DNA of 58,124 nt, taken from Sphingomonadaceae bacterium (GTDB lineage: Bacteria; Pseudomonadota; Gammaproteobacteria; Burkholderiales; SG8-39). Within the stretch, counting starts at the first letter, position 1, and each line of letters begins with the position of its first letter. The notes beneath the pieces were generated by a model that was not told the DNA's origin, did not search any database, and saw only the letters and a list, made by a program, of their open reading frames with translations. This document shows positions 6,259 to 13,917 of the stretch, piece after piece. The position numbers and the translations under genes are program-made. Location of the stretch: positions 1 to 58,124 of the forward strand of contig JBLMWT010000060.1 of assembly GCA_050257375.1 (NCBI GenBank), given 5' to 3'.

Positions 6259-9102
6259 CTAACCGCCGCTCAAGGCCCTGAAGTCGATGCGCGCCGCGGC
6301 CGCATCCGGCTCGCCGGCGCGCGCCAGGATCGCCTCGCGCGCGCGGTCGCGCAGCCGGATCGCGGCATGCCAGTCGTTGCCGTCGGGGCGGATGGGCTCG
6401 CACACCAGTACTTCGAGCCGCCCGGGGCGCGGGAACCAGATGCCGTCCGGCAGCATGCCGCGCGTGCCGCGCATCACGACCGGCACCACCGCGCAGCCCG
6501 CCCGGACCGCCGTCACGAACGCTCCCATGCGAAACGGCAGCAACCCGGGATCGCGCCGCTGCGTGCCTTCCGGGAACACGAGCGGCAACGTTCCCTCGCG
6601 CGCGCGCGCCTCGATCGTCTGGTGGTCTTCGACGCTGCGCGCGACGTCGACGCGCTCGACGAACACGCTGCCCCGGCGCCCGAGCAGCGTGCCGGCGAAG
6701 AATTGCGGAGCGAGCTCGCGCTTGGCGACGAAGGCGATGCGCGGGGGCAGCGCCGCGCTGAGCAGCACGCCGTCGAGATAGCTCGCGTGGTTCGAGATGA
6801 CCACCGCGTTCGGCTCGCGCGCGAGGCGCTCGGCGCCCTCGACGCGCGGCGTCACGCCCCACAGCGCGAACAGCAGCCGCGCTGCGCCGCGCGCGATTCG
6901 GCGCGCACGCGGGGGGTGCCGCGTCGCCGCGATCATCAGCCACGCGGGCAGCATGACGAGGACGAGGCTCGTCCACGCCCAGACGCCCCAGACAAACTCG
7001 CCCGCGCGCGCCAGGGCGCCACGCGCGCGCCCCGCGATGCCCTCGGCCGCGAGCAGCGCGAGCTGCAGCCAGGCCGGACGCGGTGCCGCGACGCCCAGCT
7101 CGCCGCGCTCGTACTGCTCGCGGCAGGCGGCGCGCCGGATCTTGCCGCTCGAAGTCTTGAGCACCGTGCGTGGCGGCGCGAGCACCACCTCGTCGGCCGG
7201 CATCCCGGCCAGATCGACCGCCAGCTGGTTGATATCTGCGACGATGCGCGCGCGCTCCTCGGGTTTCGTCTCGCGCGTCTCGGCGAGAACGACCAGGCGC
7301 TCGGTGCCCGTGCGCCGGTCGCTCGCGGCGAACACGGCGACGCCGCCGTGGCGCACGCCGCGCACCTCGCCGACGGCCTCTTCCAGCTCCATGGGGTGGA
7401 TGTTGTGCCCGGCGCGGATGATCAGGTCCTTTGCGCGCCCGGTGATGAACAGCTCGCCGCCGGCGAGGTAGCCGAGGTCCCCGGTATTTCGCCAGGCGCC
7501 GTCGACGAGGCGCGCGGTCTCCTCCGGATTCTCGAAGTAGCCGCTGGTCGCCGACGGCCCCGCGAACTGCACCCTGCCCTGCGTGCGCTCGCCGAGCTCG
7601 CGCCCGCGCTCGTCGACCACGCGCACCGCGTGGCCGGGCAGCGCACGGCCGCAGGCCACCAGGCGCAGCGGCAGCGGATCGTCCTCGCGCGCCAGGCGCG
7701 CCACGCCGTGGCGCTGGAAGTGCGCGCGGTCGATGCGCTCGACGAGCACGCCGCGTTCGAGCGGCGGGAAGGTGGTGCCCAGGCAGCACTCCGCGAGCCC
7801 GTAGACCGGGGTCATCGCCTCGCGCCTGAAGCCGTAGCGCGCGAAGCGCTCGCAGAAGCGCTCGACCGTGTCCGGGCTCACCGCCTCGGCACCATTGAAC
7901 GACAGCCGCAGCGAGGAGAGGTCCAGTCCGTCGAGCTCTTGCTCGGAGAGCTTCGTCAGGCACAGCTCATAGGCGAAGTTCGGCGCGGACGTCATCGTCC
8001 CGCGATGCTGCTGGACGCGCCGCAGCCAGCGCGCCGGGCGCGACAGGAAGGCGAGCGGCGACATCAGCACGAGCGGGTACGCATACAGCATCGAGCCCAG
8101 GCATGCGCCGATGAGGCCCATGTCGTGGTACAGCGGCAGCCAGGACACAAAGTTGTCCGCGGAGGTGACGCGCGCCGCCGTTCCCATCGCGCGCAGGTTG
8201 GCGAGCAGATTCGCGTGCGTCAGCACCACGCCCTTGGGGCGTCCGGTACTGCCCGAGGTGTACTGCAGGAACGCGGTGTCGCCAGGCAGCGCGCGGTGCG
8301 TCGGGGCCGCACCGTCGGCGGTGAGCACCTCGGCGACCGTCGCCACGTGGCGCAGCGATCCGGCGTGCGCCTGCAGGACGTGGGCGAAGGTCTTCGCCTG
8401 CTCGATGGTGACGAACAGGTGCGCCCCGCAGTTGGCGACGATGCCAGCTATGCGCCGGAAATGCTGCTCGAGCTGCGCTGGGCGGGCCGGCGGATAGAGC
8501 GGCACCGGGACCGCGCCGATGCGCAGCGCGCCGTAGAAAGCGACGAAGAACTCGCGGCTCGTGGGCAGCATGATCGCGACGCGCTCGCCGACAACGACGC
8601 CGCGCGCCGCCAGCCCGGCGCCGAAGGCGCGCGCGGCTTCCGCGAGCGCACCGTAGCTGATCTCCTCGGCTGCGTCGCGCTCGCCGTAGAGCGTGATGTG
8701 CACGCGCTCCGGGTGGCGCTCGGTGTGCCAGTCGAAGGCCTCGAGGAGCGTGCTCACCGATGCGGGCGCCGAATCGACCGCCTCGGCCGCAGGCGCCGGC
8801 GCCGCCCGGGCCGGCGCCGGAGGCTCGGCGGCCGGCGCATGAGCGACGAATGCGAGCAGATCGCGCGGCGTCTCGGCCTCGCTGAACGCCGCCTCCGGAA
8901 GGCGCACGCCCCACGACTGCTCGATGCGAGCCGCGAGCTCGACTCGCGCCAGGCTGTCCAGCCCGTAGTCGCGCTCGAGCGAGTGATCCAGCCCGAGCGT
9001 GTCGACGCGCGTGTCCTGCGGGTGCAGCTCGCGCGCCAAGGCGCGCAGCAACTCGAGCAGCCGCTCGCCGGCGGGATCCTGCCGTGCGTCCGCGGCCTTC
9101 AA
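6259..9102 (-). CDS. tri-domain protein: acyl carrier (PP-binding) + AMP-dependent fatty-acid adenylase/ligase + TM segment + 1-acyl-glycerol-3-phosphate-type (LPLAT/PlsC) acyltransferase
   Basis: Features in order: an ACP-like GLDSL serine near aa 50, an Ala/Pro linker, YTSGSTGRPKGV and SSGKIRR adenylation motifs, the hydrophobic stretch WGVWAWTSLVLVMLPAWLMIAA, then NHASYLD and FPEGT acyltransferase motifs. The only plausible start upstream of the carrier helix is TTG at 9102, which overlaps the prs stop (TTGA). Confidence 0.8.
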   Translation of the reverse strand: MKAADARQDPAGERLLELLRALARELHPQDTRVDTLGLDHSLERDYGLDSLARVELAARIEQSWGVRLPEAAFSEAETPRDLLAFVAHAPAAEPPAPARAAPAPAAEAVDSAPASVSTLLEAFDWHTERHPERVHITLYGERDAAEEISYGALAEAARAFGAGLAARGVVVGERVAIMLPTSREFFVAFYGALRIGAVPVPLYPPARPAQLEQHFRRIAGIVANCGAHLFVTIEQAKTFAHVLQAHAGSLRHVATVAEVLTADGAAPTHRALPGDTAFLQYTSGSTGRPKGVVLTHANLLANLRAMGTAARVTSADNFVSWLPLYHDMGLIGACLGSMLYAYPLVLMSPLAFLSRPARWLRRVQQHRGTMTSAPNFAYELCLTKLSEQELDGLDLSSLRLSFNGAEAVSPDTVERFCERFARYGFRREAMTPVYGLAECCLGTTFPPLERGVLVERIDRAHFQRHGVARLAREDDPLPLRLVACGRALPGHAVRVVDERGRELGERTQGRVQFAGPSATSGYFENPEETARLVDGAWRNTGDLGYLAGGELFITGRAKDLIIRAGHNIHPMELEEAVGEVRGVRHGGVAVFAASDRRTGTERLVVLAETRETKPEERARIVADINQLAVDLAGMPADEVVLAPPRTVLKTSSGKIRRAACREQYERGELGVAAPRPAWLQLALLAAEGIAGRARGALARAGEFVWGVWAWTSLVLVMLPAWLMIAATRHPPRARRIARGAARLLFALWGVTPRVEGAERLAREPNAVVISNHASYLDGVLLSAALPPRIAFVAKRELAPQFFAGTLLGRRGSVFVERVDVARSVEDHQTIEARAREGTLPLVFPEGTQRRDPGLLPFRMGAFVTAVRAGCAVVPVVMRGTRGMLPDGIWFPRPGRLEVLVCEPIRPDGNDWHAAIRLRDRAREAILARAGEPDAAAARIDFRALSGG

Positions 9103-10004
9103 CGCGCAGCGAGCCGTGTGAGCGCCGCCGCGAGCAGCGGCGCGATGCCGATCACCTCGAGGCGCGCCACCGGCGGCACCGGGACGCTGTCGGTGGTCGC
9201 CACGCGCCCGAGGCGCGCCGCGCCGAGGCGCTCGAGCGCCCCGGGGGCAAGCACTGCGTGCACGAACATCGCGTGCACCGACCGGGCGCCCGCGGGGCGC
9301 AGCGCCTCCGCTGCGGCGGCGATCGTCCCGCCGGTGCTCGCCATGTCGTCCAGAATCACGCAGTCGCGCCCTCGCACGTCGCCGAGCACCTCGAGCGCTT
9401 GCGCGACATCGGCGCGCGGGCGCGTCTTGGCGAGCACTGCGAGCGGCGCACCGAGCGCGTTCGCGCAGCGCTGCGCACGCTTCAGGCCGCCCGCGTCGGG
9501 CGACACGATCATCGGGTTGGGCAGCGCCCAGGCGCGCAGCGCCGGCAGCAGGGCCTCGTCGGCGAGCAGGTGCGCGACCGGCATGGGAAAGGCGCTCTCG
9601 AGCGCCGGCGAATGCAGCTCGAGCGCGACCAGCCGGTCGACGCCCGCGGCGGCCAGCAGGCGCGCGGCAAGCTGCGCCGAACGCGGCTCGCCCGGATGCT
9701 TGCGCACGTCCTGGCGCGCATAACCGAAGTACGGCACGAGCGCGGTGATCCGCGCCGCGCCCGCGGTGCGCGCCGCGTCGACCATCAGCGCGAGCGTCAT
9801 CAGGCGCTCGTTGGTCGGCGCGCAGGTCGGCTGCAGGACGTAGAGATCGGCGCCGGCCAGCTCGCCGTCGATGCGCACCCGGGTCTCGCCGTCGGCGAAC
9901 GCCGCAACCGGGCACGGCAGCAGCGGAGCGCCGCAGCGCCGCGCCAACTCGGCGGCGAGCGCGGGATGCGCGTCCCCGGCTAGCACCACGGGCCCGGCGT
10001 TCAT
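9099..10004 (-). CDS. prs: ribose-phosphate pyrophosphokinase (PRPP synthetase) paralog
   Basis: The start MNAGPVV at 10004 forms an ATGA overlap with the upstream stop. It aligns by eye with E. coli Prs (FADGE..V, PYFGYARQD, VSPDAGG, DDMASTGGT). It is not in the usual housekeeping prs gene context. Confidence 0.85.
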   Translation of the reverse strand: MNAGPVVLAGDAHPALAAELARRCGAPLLPCPVAAFADGETRVRIDGELAGADLYVLQPTCAPTNERLMTLALMVDAARTAGAARITALVPYFGYARQDVRKHPGEPRSAQLAARLLAAAGVDRLVALELHSPALESAFPMPVAHLLADEALLPALRAWALPNPMIVSPDAGGLKRAQRCANALGAPLAVLAKTRPRADVAQALEVLGDVRGRDCVILDDMASTGGTIAAAAEALRPAGARSVHAMFVHAVLAPGALERLGAARLGRVATTDSVPVPPVARLEVIGIAPLLAAALTRLAAR

Positions 10005-10672
10005 TCCCGGCTCTCGCTCCCGAGGTAGCGCGTGAACCAGCGTCCGGCGTGGCGCGCCGCCTCTTCGAGCGCACCCGCCTCCGCAAAGAGATGAGTTGCG
10101 CCCGGAATCACCACCAGCTCCTTCACGCCCGCCAGCCGCTTGAGGGCATCGCGGTTCCACTCGAGTACTTGCTCGTCTTTTTCCCCGACGATGAGCAGCG
10201 TCGGCGCCTTCACGCGCGCGAGCGCACCCGCTGCGAGGTCTGGCCTGCCGCCGCGGGAAACCACCGCAGCGACGATCTGCGGCGATTCGGCCGCAGCCCA
10301 CAGCGCCGCGGCGGCGCCGGTGCTCGCGCCGAAATAGCCGAGCGGCAGCGCGGCGGTGAACGCCTGAGCGCGCAGCCAGCGCGCAGCGGCGAGCAGGCGG
10401 GATGCGAGCAGCCCGACGTCGAACACCTTGTCCTGGTCCCTGGCCTCGTCTTCCTCGAGCAGATCGATGAGCAGCGTGGCGAGGCTCAGCCTGCGAAACT
10501 CCTGCGCGACGAAGCGGTTGCGCGGACTGTAGCGCCCGCTGCCGCTGCCGTGGGCGAACGCGATCGCGCCGCGCGCGTGCTCTGGCACGCGCAGCTCGCC
10601 GCGCACCTCGCGTCCGCCGGATGCGATGCTCACTTCCACGACCGTCGGCGGCGGATCGGTCGGACGGCTCAT
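10001..10672 (-). CDS. dienelactone-hydrolase-family alpha/beta hydrolase
   Basis: 223 aa, with HGSGSG, a GASTG nucleophile elbow and a C-terminal GATHLF histidine motif. Confidence 0.78.
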   Translation of the reverse strand: MSRPTDPPPTVVEVSIASGGREVRGELRVPEHARGAIAFAHGSGSGRYSPRNRFVAQEFRRLSLATLLIDLLEEDEARDQDKVFDVGLLASRLLAAARWLRAQAFTAALPLGYFGASTGAAAALWAAAESPQIVAAVVSRGGRPDLAAGALARVKAPTLLIVGEKDEQVLEWNRDALKRLAGVKELVVIPGATHLFAEAGALEEAARHAGRWFTRYLGSESRE

Positions 10673-10724
10673 CGATCGTGCTCCATTTTTTCAGACAACA
10701 TCGCGCAAGGCGCGCCAAATTGAA

Positions 10725-10738
10725 TTGATGAAAATCAA
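10725..10738. promoter_or_regulatory. perfect FNR/Anr/Dnr-type (CRP-FNR family) binding site TTGAT-GAAA-ATCAA
   Basis: Read directly in the 138-bp divergent intergenic region. It matches the FNR consensus TTGAT-N4-ATCAA at 10/10 positions. Its centre is about 59 nt from the hydrolase start and about 79 nt from the Lon-like start. Confidence 0.7.
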
Positions 10739-10810
10739 ACGCCCATCCTTGACGCAAGTCAACCTTACACCCTTTCTCGCCGGCAGACTGAGGGTACGGA
10801 GGCACAAGCG

Positions 10811-13270
10811 ATGAACAAGGCGTCCAAGACCGCGCGGCACGCGCTCGCTCCGTCGGAGTTGCGCTGCACGTGCGACCCCGAACAGTTCGGCTTCAAGACG
10901 ACCGCTGAGCTGGAGGAACTCGGCGAGGCACTGGGGCAGCGGCGCGCGCTCGATGCGATCCGGTTCGGCATCGGCATTCGGCAGGAAGGCTACAACCTGT
11001 TCGCGATGGGCCCCGAAGGCGTAGGACGGCGCAGCGTGGTGCGCCACTTCCTCGAGCAGCAGGCGCCGGCGAGCGAGGTGCCGCCCGACTGGTGCTACGT
11101 ATTCAATTTCGAGACGCCGCACAAGCCGCGCGCGCTGAAGTTCCCGTCGGGGCAAGCGGCGAAGTTCAAGCGCAGCATGCAGCGTCTGGTCGAGGACCTG
11201 CGCGCCGGCATCCCGGCGGCATTCGAGACCGAGGAGTACCGCGCGCGACGGCAGGAGATCGAGAACGCATTCAGCGAGCACCAGGAGCAGGCATTCGGGG
11301 CGATCGGCGAGCGTGCCAAGGAGCAGGGCATCGCGCTGCTGCGCACGCCGGGCGGCTTCGGCTTCGCGCCGATGCGCGAGGACGCGGTGCTCAGCCCGCA
11401 GGAGTTCCACAAGCTGCCCACCTCTGAGCAAAAGCGGCTGGAAGACGCGATCGCCGCCCTGCAGGAAGAGCTCGAAGGGGTGATCCACGAGGTCCCGAAG
11501 TGGCGCCGCGAAGCGCTGCACAAGCTGAGAGAGCTCAACCGCGGCGTCACCAAGACCGCGGTCAACAGCTTGATCGAGGAGCTGAAGGCCGAGTACGAGT
11601 CTCTGCCGCAGGTGCGCGCGTACCTCGGCGCCGTGCAGGAGGACGTGCTCGACCACGCTGAATCCTTTCAGCAGCCCAAGGAAGGCGAGCAGCCGACGCT
11701 GTTCGGCATTCCGCTGCCGCAGGCGGAGAGCGCCGAGCAGCCGCTGCGCCGCTACGCAGTGAACGTGCTGATCGGGCACGAGGATGCCAAGGGCGCGCCG
11801 ATCGTCTTCGAGGACAATCCGACGCACAGCAACCTGACCGGTCGCATCGAGCACATCGCGCAGATGGGCACGCTGGTCACCGACTTCACGCTCATCAAGG
11901 CGGGCGCGCTGCACCGCGCGAACGGCGGCTTCCTCGTGGTCGACGCGCTCAGGCTGCTGATGCAGCCCTTCGCCTACGAAGCGCTCAAGCGCGCGCTGCG
12001 CTCGCACGAGATCCGCACCGAGTCGCTCGGGCAGATGCTCAGCCTGGTGAGCACGGTGTCGCTCGAGCCCGAGCCGATCCCGCTCGACGTGAAGATCGTG
12101 CTCGTGGGACAAAGGCTGCTCTATTACCTCCTGCACGAGCACGACCCGGAGTTCGGCGAGCTGTTCAAGGTGGCGGTCGACTTCGAAGAGGACATGGCGC
12201 GCGACGCGCAGAGCGACCTGCTCTATGCGCGCGTCATCGCCACCATCGCCCGGCGCGAGAAGCTGCGCCCGCTGTCGCGCGCTGCGGTGGCGCGCGTGGT
12301 GGAGCGCGGCGCGCGCGACGCGGGCGACGCCGACAAGGTGTCGGTGCAGATGCGCGGCCTGGCCGACCTGCTGCGCGAGTCCGACTACTGGGCGGGCGTC
12401 AACCGGCGCGACGTGGTCGCCGCCGAGGACGTGCAGCGCGCGATCGACGCGCAACAGGATCGCTCGGGGCGCATCCGCGCGCGCCTGCAGGAAGAGATCC
12501 TGCGCGGCAGGCTGCTGATCGACACCGATGGCGCACGCAGCGGCCAGGTGAATGCGCTCGCGGTAGTGCAGCTCGGTGGCTACGCCTTCGGCGTGCCGCA
12601 CCGCGTCACGGCGCGCACGCGCCTGGGCGGAGGCCGCGTGGTCGACATCGAACGCGAGTCCGAGCTCGGCGGACCCATCCACTCGAAGGGCGTGCTCATC
12701 CTCTCCGGCTTCGTCTCGGGCCGCTATGCCGCAGCCAAGCCGTTGTCGCTCGCCGCGAGCCTGGTGTTCGAGCAAAGTTATGGCGGCGTGGAAGGCGACA
12801 GCGCGTCCTCGGCCGAGCTGTACGCACTGCTGTCGTCGCTCGCGGACACCCCGGTGAAGCAGTCGCTCGCCATCACCGGCTCGGTCAACCAGCACGGCGA
12901 CGTGCAAGCGATCGGCGGCGTGAATGAGAAGATCGAGGGCTTCTTCGACGTCTGCGCGGCGCGCGGGCTGACCGGCGCGCAGGGGGTGCTCATTCCCGAG
13001 TCGAACCGCCGCAACCTCATGCTGCGCCACGACGTGATCGAGGCGGTCGCGAAAGGCAAGTTCCACATCTACGCAGTGTCCACGATCGACCAGGGGATCG
13101 AGATCCTGACCGGCGTGCCGGCGGGCGAGCGTGACGCGACGGGGCAGTTCCCGCCGGGCACGATCAATCACCGGGTCGAGCAGCGCCTGTCGGACTACGC
13201 CGAGCGGCTGCGCACCTTCGGCGCCGCCGGTGCGCCACGCAAGACCTGGCGCAGGGAGCCGCAGAAGTGA
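10811..13270 (+). CDS. Lon-like (LonB/COG1067-type) AAA+ protease homolog
   Basis: 819 aa, with GGAGG 8 nt upstream of the ATG. It has an N-terminal AAA-like region (GPEGVGRRS) and a C-terminal S16 Lon protease domain (GDSASSAELYALLS, GGVNEKIEGFF). Confidence 0.85.
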   Translation: MNKASKTARHALAPSELRCTCDPEQFGFKTTAELEELGEALGQRRALDAIRFGIGIRQEGYNLFAMGPEGVGRRSVVRHFLEQQAPASEVPPDWCYVFNFETPHKPRALKFPSGQAAKFKRSMQRLVEDLRAGIPAAFETEEYRARRQEIENAFSEHQEQAFGAIGERAKEQGIALLRTPGGFGFAPMREDAVLSPQEFHKLPTSEQKRLEDAIAALQEELEGVIHEVPKWRREALHKLRELNRGVTKTAVNSLIEELKAEYESLPQVRAYLGAVQEDVLDHAESFQQPKEGEQPTLFGIPLPQAESAEQPLRRYAVNVLIGHEDAKGAPIVFEDNPTHSNLTGRIEHIAQMGTLVTDFTLIKAGALHRANGGFLVVDALRLLMQPFAYEALKRALRSHEIRTESLGQMLSLVSTVSLEPEPIPLDVKIVLVGQRLLYYLLHEHDPEFGELFKVAVDFEEDMARDAQSDLLYARVIATIARREKLRPLSRAAVARVVERGARDAGDADKVSVQMRGLADLLRESDYWAGVNRRDVVAAEDVQRAIDAQQDRSGRIRARLQEEILRGRLLIDTDGARSGQVNALAVVQLGGYAFGVPHRVTARTRLGGGRVVDIERESELGGPIHSKGVLILSGFVSGRYAAAKPLSLAASLVFEQSYGGVEGDSASSAELYALLSSLADTPVKQSLAITGSVNQHGDVQAIGGVNEKIEGFFDVCAARGLTGAQGVLIPESNRRNLMLRHDVIEAVAKGKFHIYAVSTIDQGIEILTGVPAGERDATGQFPPGTINHRVEQRLSDYAERLRTFGAAGAPRKTWRREPQK

Positions 13271-13917
13271 CGCTCAAGCGCATCGTCGTCGGCATCGATC
13301 CGCGGCCGCAGGACCGCGCGGCACTCGAGGCCGCGGCACAGCTCGCCGGCCGCTTGCAGGCGGAATGGGTGGGGCTTTTCGTCGAGGACATCGATCTGCT
13401 GCACCTCGCGGCCCTGCCCTTCGCGCGCGAGATCGGTTTTCCTTCGGCGAGAGCGCGCGCGCTCGACATCGAGGCAATGGAGCGCTCCTTGCGCGCGCTC
13501 GCCGGCGACATCGAGCGCACCATGGCGGCGATCGCCGCGCGCGCGCCCGTGCCGTGGTCGTTCCGCGTCACGCGCGGCGCGCTCATGCGCGAGCTGCGCG
13601 AGGCGGCCGCTCCGGGCGACATCGTGGTGACCGGCGCGCTCGGCCTCAGCCTGGCCCCGCCGCTCTCGGTGCTGTGCTCGGCGTCGACGCCGCCCGAGGC
13701 GGTCGTACCGGCGGCAGCGGCGCTCGCGCGCTCCGTCGGCCGCCGCGTGGAGATCGTGCTGCTCTACGGTGACGACGAAGCGGCGCGACGCTGGGAGGAG
13801 GCGGCGCGCGCTTTACTCGCGGCGCAGGGCGGCCGCCTCGAACTGCGCCTTGCGCCCGCGGATCGGGCGAGGGACGAGAAGCGAACGAAGGGAGGGTCGG
13901 CACGTGGCAATCGGTGA
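13267..13917 (+). CDS. universal-stress-protein-like protein
   Basis: The GTG start overlaps the Lon-like stop (GTGA). The N-terminal half resembles a USP fold (IVVGIDPRPQDRAALEAAAQLAGRL..., GDIVVTGALG). The C-terminal part cannot be assigned. Confidence 0.5.
   Translation: MTLKRIVVGIDPRPQDRAALEAAAQLAGRLQAEWVGLFVEDIDLLHLAALPFAREIGFPSARARALDIEAMERSLRALAGDIERTMAAIAARAPVPWSFRVTRGALMRELREAAAPGDIVVTGALGLSLAPPLSVLCSASTPPEAVVPAAAALARSVGRRVEIVLLYGDDEAARRWEEAARALLAAQGGRLELRLAPADRARDEKRTKGGSARGNR

Noticed and set aside
4460-7963. Track ORFs that fuse several genes or add long N-terminal extensions (4460..7963, 6259..10086, 9099..10805, 2594..4198, 14354..16102, 17393..19300, 31494..32768, 50204..51610, 50836..52635, 52814..54877, 53929..55422, 43824..46256, 47784..49457).
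   Set aside because: The upstream parts are Arg/Ala-rich read-through into the neighbouring gene. In each case the family-typical N-terminus starts at an internal in-frame ATG, GTG or TTG, usually forming a 4-nt overlap with the upstream stop.
6367-9723. Very long ORFs antisense to, or out of frame with, recognisable genes. Examples are 6367..9723 +, 10691..13171 -, 21665..23956 -, 24478..26160 -, 15595..17241 +, 39194..41509 -, 43582..44688 -, 44472..45980 -, 54730..56676 + (upstream part) and many Arg/Ala/Pro-rich 60-300-aa ORFs.
   Set aside because: Their translations are low-complexity R/A/G/P-rich strings with no family resemblance. Each overlaps a gene with clear motifs on the other strand or in another frame. 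This is the normal shadow-ORF artefact of DNA at about 70% GC, where stop codons are rare.
9099-10004. Treating this gene as the housekeeping prs.
   Set aside because: The context is wrong: no ispE/lolB, rplY or pth neighbours. The regulatory flexible-loop and DLH..QIQGFF regions are diverged. A stress-linked paralog is more likely, but this cannot be proven without the whole genome.
10811-13270. Reading the Lon-like protease as a BREX BrxL-type or other phage-defence component.
   Set aside because: No PglZ, PglX methyltransferase, BrxA/B/C, nuclease, helicase or other defence-type neighbour is present. Its partners are USP-like and CBS proteins behind an FNR box, which points to stress physiology instead.
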